A stretch of 62,269 bases of DNA, counting the filler, from Gemmatimonadota bacterium (GTDB lineage Bacteria > 4572-55 > J002), in assembly GCA_003697105.1 (NCBI GenBank). It is 5 parts of 5 records of this genome, joined end to end, with 100 filler letters (N's around TTAATTAATTAA, not from the genome) between each part and the next. Parts side by side here need not be neighbours in the genome. Positions count along the whole stretch, not along the records: positions 1 to 8,260 come from RFFQ01000043.1; positions 8,361 to 38,555 come from RFFQ01000044.1; 3 more parts are not named here. One strand, 5' to 3'. Each line of letters starts with the position of its first letter. The stretch's first letter is position 1. This document shows positions 1 to 8,619 of the stretch, piece after piece. The notes under the pieces are model-generated. The model did not search any database. It worked only from the letters and a program-made list of their open reading frames with translations, and was not told where the DNA came from. Made by a program: the position numbers and the translations under genes.

Positions 1-825
1 CGCCGGTGGAACATCCCATGTCTGATCTTCAGTGATGGTGCCGCCATTGATCAAAATCGCGTTATATGCTCCATCTTCACGAGGAGTAAACGTGTTGGTG
101 GTGAACAAATTACCCGCGATCGATGCTGGAACATAGACCGGAAAGTTACCGTTACCAGAGAACGTTGATCCGATAATTGTTGGAATGGCATTCACATCGT
201 TAGATAGAATCCCATACGCCGCATTATTGATAAACTGGCAGTTGGTAACCGTCGCATCCGACCCGCTCACCAGATACAATCCCGACGCCGTTGTCGGATT
301 CCCATTATTCTGGATGATACAATCGGTCAGTTCCGGTGCACTGTTCTGATTAAAATAAAGCCCGTAATAATAGCTGTCCTGAAACGTACAATTCGTAAAG
401 GTTGGGCTGGATTGGTAAGCGTACACATTGCCATAGCCGCTTCGTCCGCCGCGCTCAAACGTGGCATAATCCACTGTTGAAGCGGAAGATTCTGCCCCGT
501 AAAACTGGACATACTGCCAGTAATTAGAGCCATTTCCTGAAAATAACACCGGTTGGTCTTCCGTACCATTGACATCCAGAACACCGCGGATGTCAAGGTA
601 GTAATTCCCGTTGAACAGGATTTCCACTCCCGGATCAACCGTCAGCGTTGCCCCGGATTGTACCTGAATGTTGGTCATCAGGATATACGGACTGCCGGAT
701 AGCGTCCATGTGGTACTTTCGGTGATGTGGCTGTTGATTTGGGTCTGAGCAAAAGTGCCAGATGTACCCCCCAACAGGATCACCAACACCATCCAAAAAC
801 CAATTGAAATTGAGCGTGACATCAT
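1..825 (-). CDS. Secreted right-handed parallel beta-helix repeat protein (partial; 3' end runs off window)
   Basis: Not in the ORF track. Manual translation is open from ATG 825 to base 1: MMSRSISIGFWMVLVILLGGTSGTFA-QTQINSHITESTTWTLSGSPYILMTNIQVQSGATLTVDPGVEILFNG... It has a signal peptide, a TWT..GSPY..LTVDPGV motif and repeated SPTFTNCTF/DATVTNCQFINN turns. RBS AAGGAG at 828-833. Confidence 0.85.
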   Translation of the reverse strand, partial: MMSRSISIGFWMVLVILLGGTSGTFAQTQINSHITESTTWTLSGSPYILMTNIQVQSGATLTVDPGVEILFNGNYYLDIRGVLDVNGTEDQPVLFSGNGSNYWQYVQFYGAESSASTVDYATFERGGRSGYGNVYAYQSSPTFTNCTFQDSYYYGLYFNQNSAPELTDCIIQNNGNPTTASGLYLVSGSDATVTNCQFINNAAYGILSNDVNAIPTIIGSTFSGNGNFPVYVPASIAGNLFTTNTFTPREDGAYNAILINGGTITEDQTWDVPPA

Positions 826-955
826 CCACTCCTTAGAAAAGAGGTGAAAAATAGATTTGATCGCAATTTGATACACGTACGCCTGAATATAGCGCTGGAC
901 CCAGGAAGTCTGTACCCGGCGGCATATCCCCACATCATCAAATGGGCGACCTAAT

Positions 956-992
956 GGAGAAAAGCCCTAAGGGTTAAGGAACCCTTAGGGCT
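956..992 (-). terminator. Intrinsic terminator after beta-barrel gene
   Basis: 13-bp perfect stem AGCCCTAAGGGTT-aagg-AACCCTTAGGGCT with a short T run on the minus strand. Confidence 0.7.
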
Positions 993-1004
993 AATATCTA
1001 CTGT

Positions 1005-1553
1005 TTACATCCCTAAACTAAAACCGTACCCAATATCGACACCTAAGTACGTTACGGCGTCACCATCCGAAGTGATATAGTGATAAAGTGTTTCAATTTT
1101 AATATTGTTACCTCCCATTGGCATTTGGAAACCTGCGCCAATAGCAAATCCGAGATTATTATCTTCCACATCACCCGCACCTAGATAGTAACCAATATTC
1201 CCCACAGCATAGGGTTTCATATCACTTGCACCGAAGGCATACTCTGCACCCACTAACACCGGAATAAAGGCGTATTGAGGACCTTCAACCGTACCGAACC
1301 CACCCAAATCAATATCTTTTGTACCAAAGGTGTGGTACGCAACACTGCCCCGAAGACTGAGCATGGAGTTCATCGATTTGGCGACGGTTACACCTCCACC
1401 AAAACCCATTTCAGCGGCATCAGCCAAATCACCAGTCGGCACCGCGAGCGATCCATTGATCGTCAGTTCTAATCCCTTCTGCGCGGATGCAGAAGCCGGA
1501 TAAATCAGGGTTATAAAACCCAGTGCAACAAGGAGAACGAACATGTGTTTCAT
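1005..1553 (-). CDS. Outer-membrane beta-barrel protein (small 8-stranded OmpA/OmpW-like)
   Basis: Start re-called at MKHMF (RBS GGAGG). Signal peptide ending ASA, amphipathic strands, KPYAVGNIGY, C-terminal GYGFSLGM. Confidence 0.8.
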   Translation of the reverse strand: MKHMFVLLVALGFITLIYPASASAQKGLELTINGSLAVPTGDLADAAEMGFGGGVTVAKSMNSMLSLRGSVAYHTFGTKDIDLGGFGTVEGPQYAFIPVLVGAEYAFGASDMKPYAVGNIGYYLGAGDVEDNNLGFAIGAGFQMPMGGNNIKIETLYHYITSDGDAVTYLGVDIGYGFSLGM

Positions 1554-1728
1554 ATAAAAACCCTCCACAAAAAAGTGAATGAAAAGTAAGGACACTCTCA
1601 ACAAACCCACATGGTTTGTCACAAAAACTAAATTCGGAAGAGAGATACAGACCGCGCTCAACCGAAACGGGAGCGCAGGTCTGTAAAACAACAACCTGAG
1701 TAGCGGTTGTTATGGGCAATTCAGAATC

Positions 1729-2514
1729 CTATTGAACGGTTACTGTGACACTCGTTACAATTTCAGCGATGATCGGGTAGCTTTTACCCCCTTGATCAAC
1801 GACATTATAGCGATATTTAACCACCTGCAACATCGCTTCGCCGGAAATATCGGACATATCCCCCGCAGAAATCGTATGGCTACCATCATCTGCCAAATTC
1901 ACCGGTGAAAAATATTGGGCGTCACCGTCCATATCCAGCAAGGTGATCATCACGTTATTATCGTTAGATGTATTCGTCCACGCGATTTGCAAACCTGCCG
2001 ATTTATTGACGGTTGCATTTGCTACCGGTTGGGTCACATTAAATGCGGAAGGGCTACTCACCGAACCACTAAATGAGGGTACGCCACTACCGCCGGAAAC
2101 CGTCCAAGAATGGTCTGATCCGTCAAAATTAACCCCAGTTAATTGTTGCAACGGATTCTGTGGATCGGGAATCATGTAATAGGTGTACCCGTCTTGGGTC
2201 ATTTTGCCAAGCATGTTGCTGTTGACCGAAACATCCCCGGCATCCACACCACCATCACCAAACGTGGCATACGCCATCGTCATGGCGACCGGAAAACCAC
2301 CCACATTCATGCTGTAACTGATGGTTGCCATCATGCCACCATAATCCGTAACACCTAAATCCGGTAACGGTTGCCCGGTTTGGTTTGATGGTGTACCGCC
2401 ATTGTTACCACCACCATCGCCGCCGCCATCATCACTATCGCAACCAACCGCAAAGATAGACAAACTGATCGTGAGTAACAGGACCCACAATCCTGAAAAA
2501 TATCGTTGTGTCAT
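1729..2514 (-). CDS. Lipoprotein of unknown function
   Basis: Start re-called at MTQRY (RBS GGAGG). Lipobox FAVGC, Gly/Asp linker, beta-rich body. Confidence 0.8.
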   Translation of the reverse strand: MTQRYFSGLWVLLLTISLSIFAVGCDSDDGGGDGGGNNGGTPSNQTGQPLPDLGVTDYGGMMATISYSMNVGGFPVAMTMAYATFGDGGVDAGDVSVNSNMLGKMTQDGYTYYMIPDPQNPLQQLTGVNFDGSDHSWTVSGGSGVPSFSGSVSSPSAFNVTQPVANATVNKSAGLQIAWTNTSNDNNVMITLLDMDGDAQYFSPVNLADDGSHTISAGDMSDISGEAMLQVVKYRYNVVDQGGKSYPIIAEIVTSVTVTVQ

Positions 2515-2647
2515 AAAGAACCTCCACACATAAAAAAGGTGAATTAAATGTGATGCTTTCCTCACAGAAAGACATCTTGTTGATTTTCAAATACGCATTA
2601 AACCTCCTTCACCCGATGGGAAAAGACGATTATCAATATGGAGTAAA

Positions 2648-2663
2648 CACAAGAATGATGCCA
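2648..2663 (-). promoter_or_regulatory. Sigma54 -24/-12 promoter
   Basis: Minus strand reads TGGCATCATTCTTGTG, i.e. GG-N10-GT versus consensus TGGCAC-N5-TTGC. It lies just downstream of a bEBP gene. Confidence 0.6.
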
Positions 2664-2689
2664 GATCACCTTTCCCCGCTATAGTAAGA

Positions 2690-2702
2690 TAACTATTTGA
2701 AA
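2690..2702 (-). promoter_or_regulatory. IHF-like binding site
   Basis: TTTCAAATAGTTA, one mismatch to WATCAANNNNTTR, in an AT-rich stretch between the enhancer boxes and the promoter. Confidence 0.45.
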
Positions 2703-2739
2703 ATAAAGAGAATATTAAAATAGCACAGGAGACCCAATC

Positions 2740-2840
2740 GTTGTATGATTTTCATACAACAGGGGTCACCGGTCAGGCTAAAATGGGGTGAATCATGGAA
2801 AGAAAAGTAAGGTCAGAAGGGTGTGTACTCAGATCATACA
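2740..2840. promoter_or_regulatory. Two candidate upstream activator sequences (TGT-N11-ACA)
   Basis: Perfect inverted repeat GTTGTATGA-ttt-TCATACAAC (2740-2760). A second box TGTACTCAGATCATACA (2824-2840) shares the TCATACA half-site. Confidence 0.55.
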
Positions 2841-2954
2841 CTGTACACGAAGCAGTCATGGTTCTTCGCCATGCGGCGGCATTATCCAGACCCAACAGTT
2901 TCCGTTTTTTCTTAGCGGCTTGGAGTTTGGGGGTAAACGTGGATGTGATACAAA

Positions 2955-5900
2955 CTAAGATGGCGCCAAGCCGTACTTTTCAATCAATTTATATACCCGG
3001 TGACGGTACACTCCCAGTGCCGCTGCCGCTTGGGAGATATTCCAGCCAGATTGGTTTAATGCACGTTCCACCAGATACCGTTCCAGTGCATTTTTTTTAT
3101 CATCTAAGGTATCACCATCTAACAAATGAACCACCTGATCCAGCGTGGGAGTATCTGCAACCGGTCGCGTGGCAGGGAGATTTACCGGTTGGTCTGGAAA
3201 GAGGTCGCCCACGGTTAGCAACTGATCCGCTTTTTGCCGGAGGACAGCTTTGGCAATGGTATTTTGCAGTTCCCGTACATTGCCCGTCCATTTTTGACGT
3301 TTCAGCGCTTCCAGCGCCTCTTTGGTAAAGCCGGTGATAGGTTTGTGGCACTCTTGGGCATATTTTTCCAAAAAATGATACGCCAATAAGGGGATGTCCT
3401 CTGGGCGATCGGCCAACGGGGGTACATAGATGCGTAGCACGTTCAACCGGTAGTATAAATCCTGCCGGAACGTCCCTTGCGCAATCTCTTTTTCCAATTG
3501 CCGGTGGGATGCCGCCACGATCCGCACATCCACCGGTAATGGATGCTTCCCCCCAATCCGCCAGACCTGTTTTTCTTCCAAAGCGCGGAGTAACTTCGCC
3601 TGAATTTCTACAGAAAGTTCCGCGATTTCATCTAAAAAGAGCGTACCGCCTTGCGCGAGTTCAAACTTGCCCGGTTTGGCAACGGCACCGGTAAAAGCGC
3701 CCCGTTCCTGCCCGAACAGTTCGCTTTCTGCCAATTCCCGGGGGATCGCCGCACAATTCACCGCAATAAACGGAGCTTGCCGTCGAGAGCTTAACCGGTG
3801 AAGTGCCCGTGCCACCAGTTCTTTACCGGTACCGGTTTCCCCCTGAATCAATACGGTCAGATTCACTTTTGCCGCTTCCTCAATCGCCTGATAAACGGCT
3901 TGCATTCGCTTGCTGTTGCCCACAAAAAATCCCAGGTGTTGGATTTCGGATTGCACCCGTAGGTGTTCTGCTTCTTCCTGTTGCACCAGTACGGGTGTGA
4001 GAATATCCGCTACCTGTTGCACCTGTTGCAATATCGCCGGATCGAATGCCCCCCGCTTCACCTGCCGTCGATCCAGATAAACCGCACCGATCCCATTACC
4101 TTGTATCCGCATTGGCACGGTTAATACGGAGAGAAACGGTTTGCTGATGACACTAGGATTTTCCCGAAATTCGGCCTCATCGGCTGCGTTTGCCACGCAT
4201 AACGGTTGGTTCTGATTGAACGTTTTGAGCAAGATCGACCGGCTAAAATCCACATCGTCGGTATCCATTCCCGAGGAGACGGCGCGGACTTCCAATCGAT
4301 CCGTTTTGGAGTTATGGACAATCACCTGCCCGCAATCCGCTTGACAAAAATCGACCAAAAAGCGCAGCAACTCTGTAAATGCCACTTCTGGATTCATCAA
4401 TTTGACCAACGCCTGAATGAGTGACAGCGTCGATGTTTCGGATGCCATTGTCTGTGAACCCTCCTTAAGAGTTTTTACCCGTTTTTGATAGCTCAACGTA
4501 GGTGTTTGCCGGTAAAGCTGTTCGTATCGCTCAAGTGCTTGTTGCTGGTAGTCCGCTGCCCGTGGATCACCCATTTGGCAACAGACCCACCACTGGGCAT
4601 AGGCTATTTGTGCCTGCTGGTGTAAAGAGTCCGCTATCACGGCTAAATCCTGTAATTGGGTTCGTGCTTCTTCCGGTTTTCCCTGTTTGGCGTCAAGTTC
4701 TGCCCGCAACAACCGGCAACGAAAGTCCGTATCTACTTTTTTGGTCTGCTCTGCCAGATATTGGGCTTCGGTGAGTAACGGTGCTACCGAATCGTATTTC
4801 TGCTGGGCAAACGCCAATCGTGCCGTATCCACCAACACATCCGCTAATTTGTGTTGGATACCCATCTGCCGTGCTAAGGTCAAGGCATGTCGGTAGGCTT
4901 CGTCCGCTTCATGAAAGCGGTTGAGCTCAAAAAAAAGACGTCCCCGGGCATGGTAGGCATTGAGTTGGGCGGATTTATCCCCGATATCGGTTGCCAATCC
5001 TAGTTGTTGATCGAACCAATTAAGCGCCTCTTCAAAATCGCCTTGGGTTTGCAACAGGGTACCGATATTCTCCATGACAACTAGCAGCGCAACTTTATCA
5101 TCCAACTGTTGGCAAAGCGCCAACTGTTTGCGGTAGCATCGCATCGCTCCGGCAAAATCTCCTTGATCATCGTAAACGGTGCCCATATTGCCCCAGGCCC
5201 AAGCAACTTCCCGCTGATTTCCCATCTCTTCTGCGAGCGCCAAATGCTGGAGATAATAGTCCATTGCGGTATCATAATGGTGTTTGTCCGCGTGGATGTT
5301 CCCCAGATTGCAGAGTGCCACCATCATTTTTGTTTTGTCATTTATCCGGCGGGACATCTCTAGCACGGTTTCCAATCTTTGTTGTGCCTTGTCTAATTGT
5401 CCCTGTCGGTAATAAATCAACCCGATGCTACCGAGCGCCGTGGTCACCTGATTTTCATTATTGAGAGACCGCCCAATGCTTAATTCTTGCTCAAAGTAAT
5501 CTAAGGCATCCTCGTAGCGTCCGGTTAAATCTGCTACGCGCCCTAAATGCCCTAACGCTTTACCGATTCGGAAGGTATCATTCATCGTTTGTGCCCGTTG
5601 TAATGCTTTGTGATAAACGGCCTCTGCTTGTTCCCAAGCACCGGTGAGCATCAGAATTTCACCCTTTTTAAATTGATAATCCCAGTAGGTGATCGGGTCT
5701 TCCAGAGTTTTTGCCAGTTCCATCACCCGTTGGTACCACTGCAACGCTTGATCATTTGCATAGCACCGGCGGGCAATATCTACCGCTTGTTTGTAGTAAT
5801 GCAGGGCTTTTTCCGGCAAATTGGCGGCATAAAAATGATGAGCGAGTGCCTCAACCCTCTGCTCCACCGGATCGGCGAGATACTGCTCTTCCAGCATTTC

Positions 5901-7940
5901 TGCCATCTTCCGGTGCCAAGCGGTGGCATGATCCGAGTCAATTTCCGCCAGCAAGATTTCTCGCACCGCATCATGTACAAACTGATAATTTCCTCGTTCA
6001 TCATCGATTAAGCGCATTTGACGGGCTTCATTTAAGGCGGTCATTACCGCATCTTCGCTTTGATCGAGCAACATTAGCAAGGAGTCGATCTCAAACACGT
6101 TTCCGATCAGCGCGGCAACTTGCAACACATTTTGCACCGTGGCATTTAGGCGGTCTAACCGTTCCCGGATGACGGTCTGCAAATTATCCGGTAACTCCTG
6201 CCGCTCCAGTGCCTCCACATCCAAAAACCAACCCTGAATGTGGCGGGTTAGGATTCCTTCATCCAGCAAATGTTCCAAAACTTCTCGCACAAAAAAGGGA
6301 TTGCCCCCGGTTTGCTGTGCCAGTGTTTTGATCAAGCGCTGAAAAGCGAAACTGGTAGGATGCAATCTACCGGGTGTAAATGGGGTCTCCGGTTCCGGCG
6401 TATCCCGCGGCAGACCAAGCATAGATACCACCATGTCATGAATGCCAGCGGTATCCAGCGGTGGTAATGGGAGAATTTTAACATCCGGATTCGATTCAAG
6501 CAACGGCAATATGGGCTGCAAGGATGAATCTGGCACCGCATCCGGGCGGTATGAGCCGATCAACAGAACCCCACTACCTGCCAGTTGGTCGACAGCATGG
6601 TAGATAAATTTTGCTACATGCGTATCTGCCCAGTGTAGGTCATCCATATAGATTACTAGCGGGATTGATTCATCTGCCGCCACCTGTTTGAGTAGATTAC
6701 AGAAGGTCGTCAGCCGCTCTTTTTCCGCTTTTTGTGGTGATGAGGGCGGGTGGGCTTCAATCTGGCTCATAAAGGAGTGGGACGCCAACTCCGGCATGAT
6801 AGTTGTCAATTCCCATGCTTGTTCACCAAACCAGCGGGCTTTTTCCGCATCGGAGCGATCCGCGAAGCGCGCCAAGAGTTGGGTCAACAGGTCGCGAAGG
6901 GGTTCGTAAAGGCGTTGCTCTGGGGTACACTTTGTCTGAAACACGATGGCATTCTGGAGGTAAATCGATTGAAACGTTTCCCACAGCCGTGTTTTACCAA
7001 TGCCGGCTTCTCCAGCTAGAAATAGCGTGTAACTGGTGCCTGCCTGTGCCGCGGTGAGCGCATTTTGTAACGCGGTAATTTGTACCGTTCGCCCCATTAG
7101 CTGAGGGGGTAGAAGATACATTCCAGCGGGTTGTTGGGGAATAGACAGCTCACACGGGATGAGCTGGCGGACTCGCGCGATCACATCCAAAGCACTGGGA
7201 GGACGGTCTGCCGGGTCTTTTGCCAATAACTGGCAAATGAGATCATTCACAATAGAAGGTAGCTCCGGGCGATACCGGATCGGAGGCGTTACTGCCGTAT
7301 TGAGATGCTGAAACGCAATTTCAGTCCATGTTTTACCATGGAAGGGCAAACGACCGGTAACCAGCTCGTATAACACTACCCCCATTGCATACAAATCACT
7401 GCGGGGATCAACCTGACTAGCATTGTTGCACTGTTCCGGGGCGGCATAATGCACCGTGCCCAAAAACGTGCCCGGACTTACTTCTGGCATCGAACCCTGC
7501 CACCGGATCAAATCAAAATCCGTAATTTTGAGGCAGTCTTCCTCCGTGACGAGAATATTTGCCGGTTTTAGGTCTCGATGAACAATTTGGCAGCTGTGAA
7601 GTGCATCCAAACCTTGACACAATTGGATCAACAGGGGTATCACCGCCGAAATATCAGAAGGGAAACCTGCCGGAAATCGCTCTGAAATCGGCTTCCCCTG
7701 GATCAACTCCATCACAAAACCGAACATTTCACCCGTCTCGACCCACTCGATCATGCGTACACAATGCGGGTGCTGCACCTGCTTCGCGGTAATAAAACCG
7801 GCTTTAATACGCTGTCGTTCTGCCTGATAAGCGGGGTGAATCTGTTTGAAAGCGGCAACCTCACCTGTAAGGCGGTGCCGTACTTGTGAGACCGTTCCGA
7901 ATGTTCCGGCGGCAATGTCCGTTTCGATGACCCAATCCAT
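2955..7940 (-). CDS. Ser/Thr kinase - STAND-type AAA ATPase - TPR - GAF - sigma54 enhancer-binding protein - HTH fusion
   Basis: Kinase HRDLKPAN, DFD, APE. P-loop GEAGIGKT with YMDDLHWAD. Roughly ten TPRs and a GAF-like region. bEBP GETGTGKE, GAFTGA, LFLDEI, FRQDLYYRL, WTGNVRELQN. C-terminal Fis-type HTH. Confidence 0.92.
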   Translation of the reverse strand: MDWVIETDIAAGTFGTVSQVRHRLTGEVAAFKQIHPAYQAERQRIKAGFITAKQVQHPHCVRMIEWVETGEMFGFVMELIQGKPISERFPAGFPSDISAVIPLLIQLCQGLDALHSCQIVHRDLKPANILVTEEDCLKITDFDLIRWQGSMPEVSPGTFLGTVHYAAPEQCNNASQVDPRSDLYAMGVVLYELVTGRLPFHGKTWTEIAFQHLNTAVTPPIRYRPELPSIVNDLICQLLAKDPADRPPSALDVIARVRQLIPCELSIPQQPAGMYLLPPQLMGRTVQITALQNALTAAQAGTSYTLFLAGEAGIGKTRLWETFQSIYLQNAIVFQTKCTPEQRLYEPLRDLLTQLLARFADRSDAEKARWFGEQAWELTTIMPELASHSFMSQIEAHPPSSPQKAEKERLTTFCNLLKQVAADESIPLVIYMDDLHWADTHVAKFIYHAVDQLAGSGVLLIGSYRPDAVPDSSLQPILPLLESNPDVKILPLPPLDTAGIHDMVVSMLGLPRDTPEPETPFTPGRLHPTSFAFQRLIKTLAQQTGGNPFFVREVLEHLLDEGILTRHIQGWFLDVEALERQELPDNLQTVIRERLDRLNATVQNVLQVAALIGNVFEIDSLLMLLDQSEDAVMTALNEARQMRLIDDERGNYQFVHDAVREILLAEIDSDHATAWHRKMAEMLEEQYLADPVEQRVEALAHHFYAANLPEKALHYYKQAVDIARRCYANDQALQWYQRVMELAKTLEDPITYWDYQFKKGEILMLTGAWEQAEAVYHKALQRAQTMNDTFRIGKALGHLGRVADLTGRYEDALDYFEQELSIGRSLNNENQVTTALGSIGLIYYRQGQLDKAQQRLETVLEMSRRINDKTKMMVALCNLGNIHADKHHYDTAMDYYLQHLALAEEMGNQREVAWAWGNMGTVYDDQGDFAGAMRCYRKQLALCQQLDDKVALLVVMENIGTLLQTQGDFEEALNWFDQQLGLATDIGDKSAQLNAYHARGRLFFELNRFHEADEAYRHALTLARQMGIQHKLADVLVDTARLAFAQQKYDSVAPLLTEAQYLAEQTKKVDTDFRCRLLRAELDAKQGKPEEARTQLQDLAVIADSLHQQAQIAYAQWWVCCQMGDPRAADYQQQALERYEQLYRQTPTLSYQKRVKTLKEGSQTMASETSTLSLIQALVKLMNPEVAFTELLRFLVDFCQADCGQVIVHNSKTDRLEVRAVSSGMDTDDVDFSRSILLKTFNQNQPLCVANAADEAEFRENPSVISKPFLSVLTVPMRIQGNGIGAVYLDRRQVKRGAFDPAILQQVQQVADILTPVLVQQEEAEHLRVQSEIQHLGFFVGNSKRMQAVYQAIEEAAKVNLTVLIQGETGTGKELVARALHRLSSRRQAPFIAVNCAAIPRELAESELFGQERGAFTGAVAKPGKFELAQGGTLFLDEIAELSVEIQAKLLRALEEKQVWRIGGKHPLPVDVRIVAASHRQLEKEIAQGTFRQDLYYRLNVLRIYVPPLADRPEDIPLLAYHFLEKYAQECHKPITGFTKEALEALKRQKWTGNVRELQNTIAKAVLRQKADQLLTVGDLFPDQPVNLPATRPVADTPTLDQVVHLLDGDTLDDKKNALERYLVERALNQSGWNISQAAAALGVYRHRVYKLIEKYGLAPS

Positions 7941-8121
7941 TAGTTATCCATTTATTACATGCTATAAAAATCGTAGGTTTACACCATAAGACGCAACTAA
8001 ACTTGAAACTTGAAATCTAAATTGTCAACGGGTTTTTCGGAAACAGTGGTGAATGCGCAAAAAACCCACCAACCCACCAACTCCCGAATCAGGATTTAGG
8101 AATTAGGGGAACGAAAGCCGC

Positions 8122-8260
8122 AACTCCCCAACTCCCGAACTCACAAACTCCCCAACTCCCGAACTCCCAAACTCCTAAACTCACAAACTCCCCAACTCCC
8201 GAACTCCTAAACTCACAAACTCCCCAACTCCCGAACTCCTAAACTCACAAACTCCCCAAC
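8122..8260 (+). repeat. 8-bp tandem repeat (AACTCNNN) x17 with a 32-bp higher-order unit
   Basis: Units AACTCCCC/AACTCCCG/AACTCCTA/AACTCACA run into the contig end. Confidence 0.95.
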
Positions 8261-8360
8261 NNNNNNNNNNNNNNNNNNNNNNNNNNNNNNNNNNNNNNNN
8301 NNNNTTAATTAATTAANNNNNNNNNNNNNNNNNNNNNNNNNNNNNNNNNNNNNNNNNNNN
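8261..8360. other. Artificial contig linker
   Basis: 44 N + TTAATTAATTAA (stops in six frames) + 44 N. Confidence 0.98.
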
Positions 8361-8548
8361 AAAATATTTTTTCCTCTGTCCAGACTTTTTCGAAAAGCGG
8401 TAAACGCTTTTCCCACCTTCTCTTGAATTTCGGCAGACATACCGCCTTCTTTCAAATTCTAATAATTCTAGATTTCTTCCATTTTTGTACACATAAGAAT
8501 GACTATACATGAAACCATTAAACGTGTCAAGAAAAATTTTTATACCAA

Positions 8549-8577
8549 TTGACTTTTCCCCTTTTTTGTTATATTCT
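8549..8577 (+). promoter_or_regulatory. Sigma70-type promoter
   Basis: TTGACT-17-TATTCT upstream of RBS GGAGG and ATG 8620. Confidence 0.5.
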
Positions 8578-8619
8578 GCTGAGGTTGAATGAATTTACTC
8601 ACAAAAATGGAGGTTCTGC

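Noticed and set aside
327-829. ORF-track calls 327-638 and 635-829 suggesting a frameshifted gene
   Set aside because: A third frame is continuously open from 825 to base 1; these two are off-frame shadows.
8122-8260. Possible CRISPR array
   Set aside because: No unique spacers; it is a short-unit tandem repeat. The same applies to 47565-47676.
8305-8316. TTAATTAATTAA repeated four times in the window
   Set aside because: Synthetic six-frame-stop linker inside N runs.
8361-8510. 65-aa ORF running into the gap
   Set aside because: No RBS or recognisable motif; AT-rich promoter-like region.
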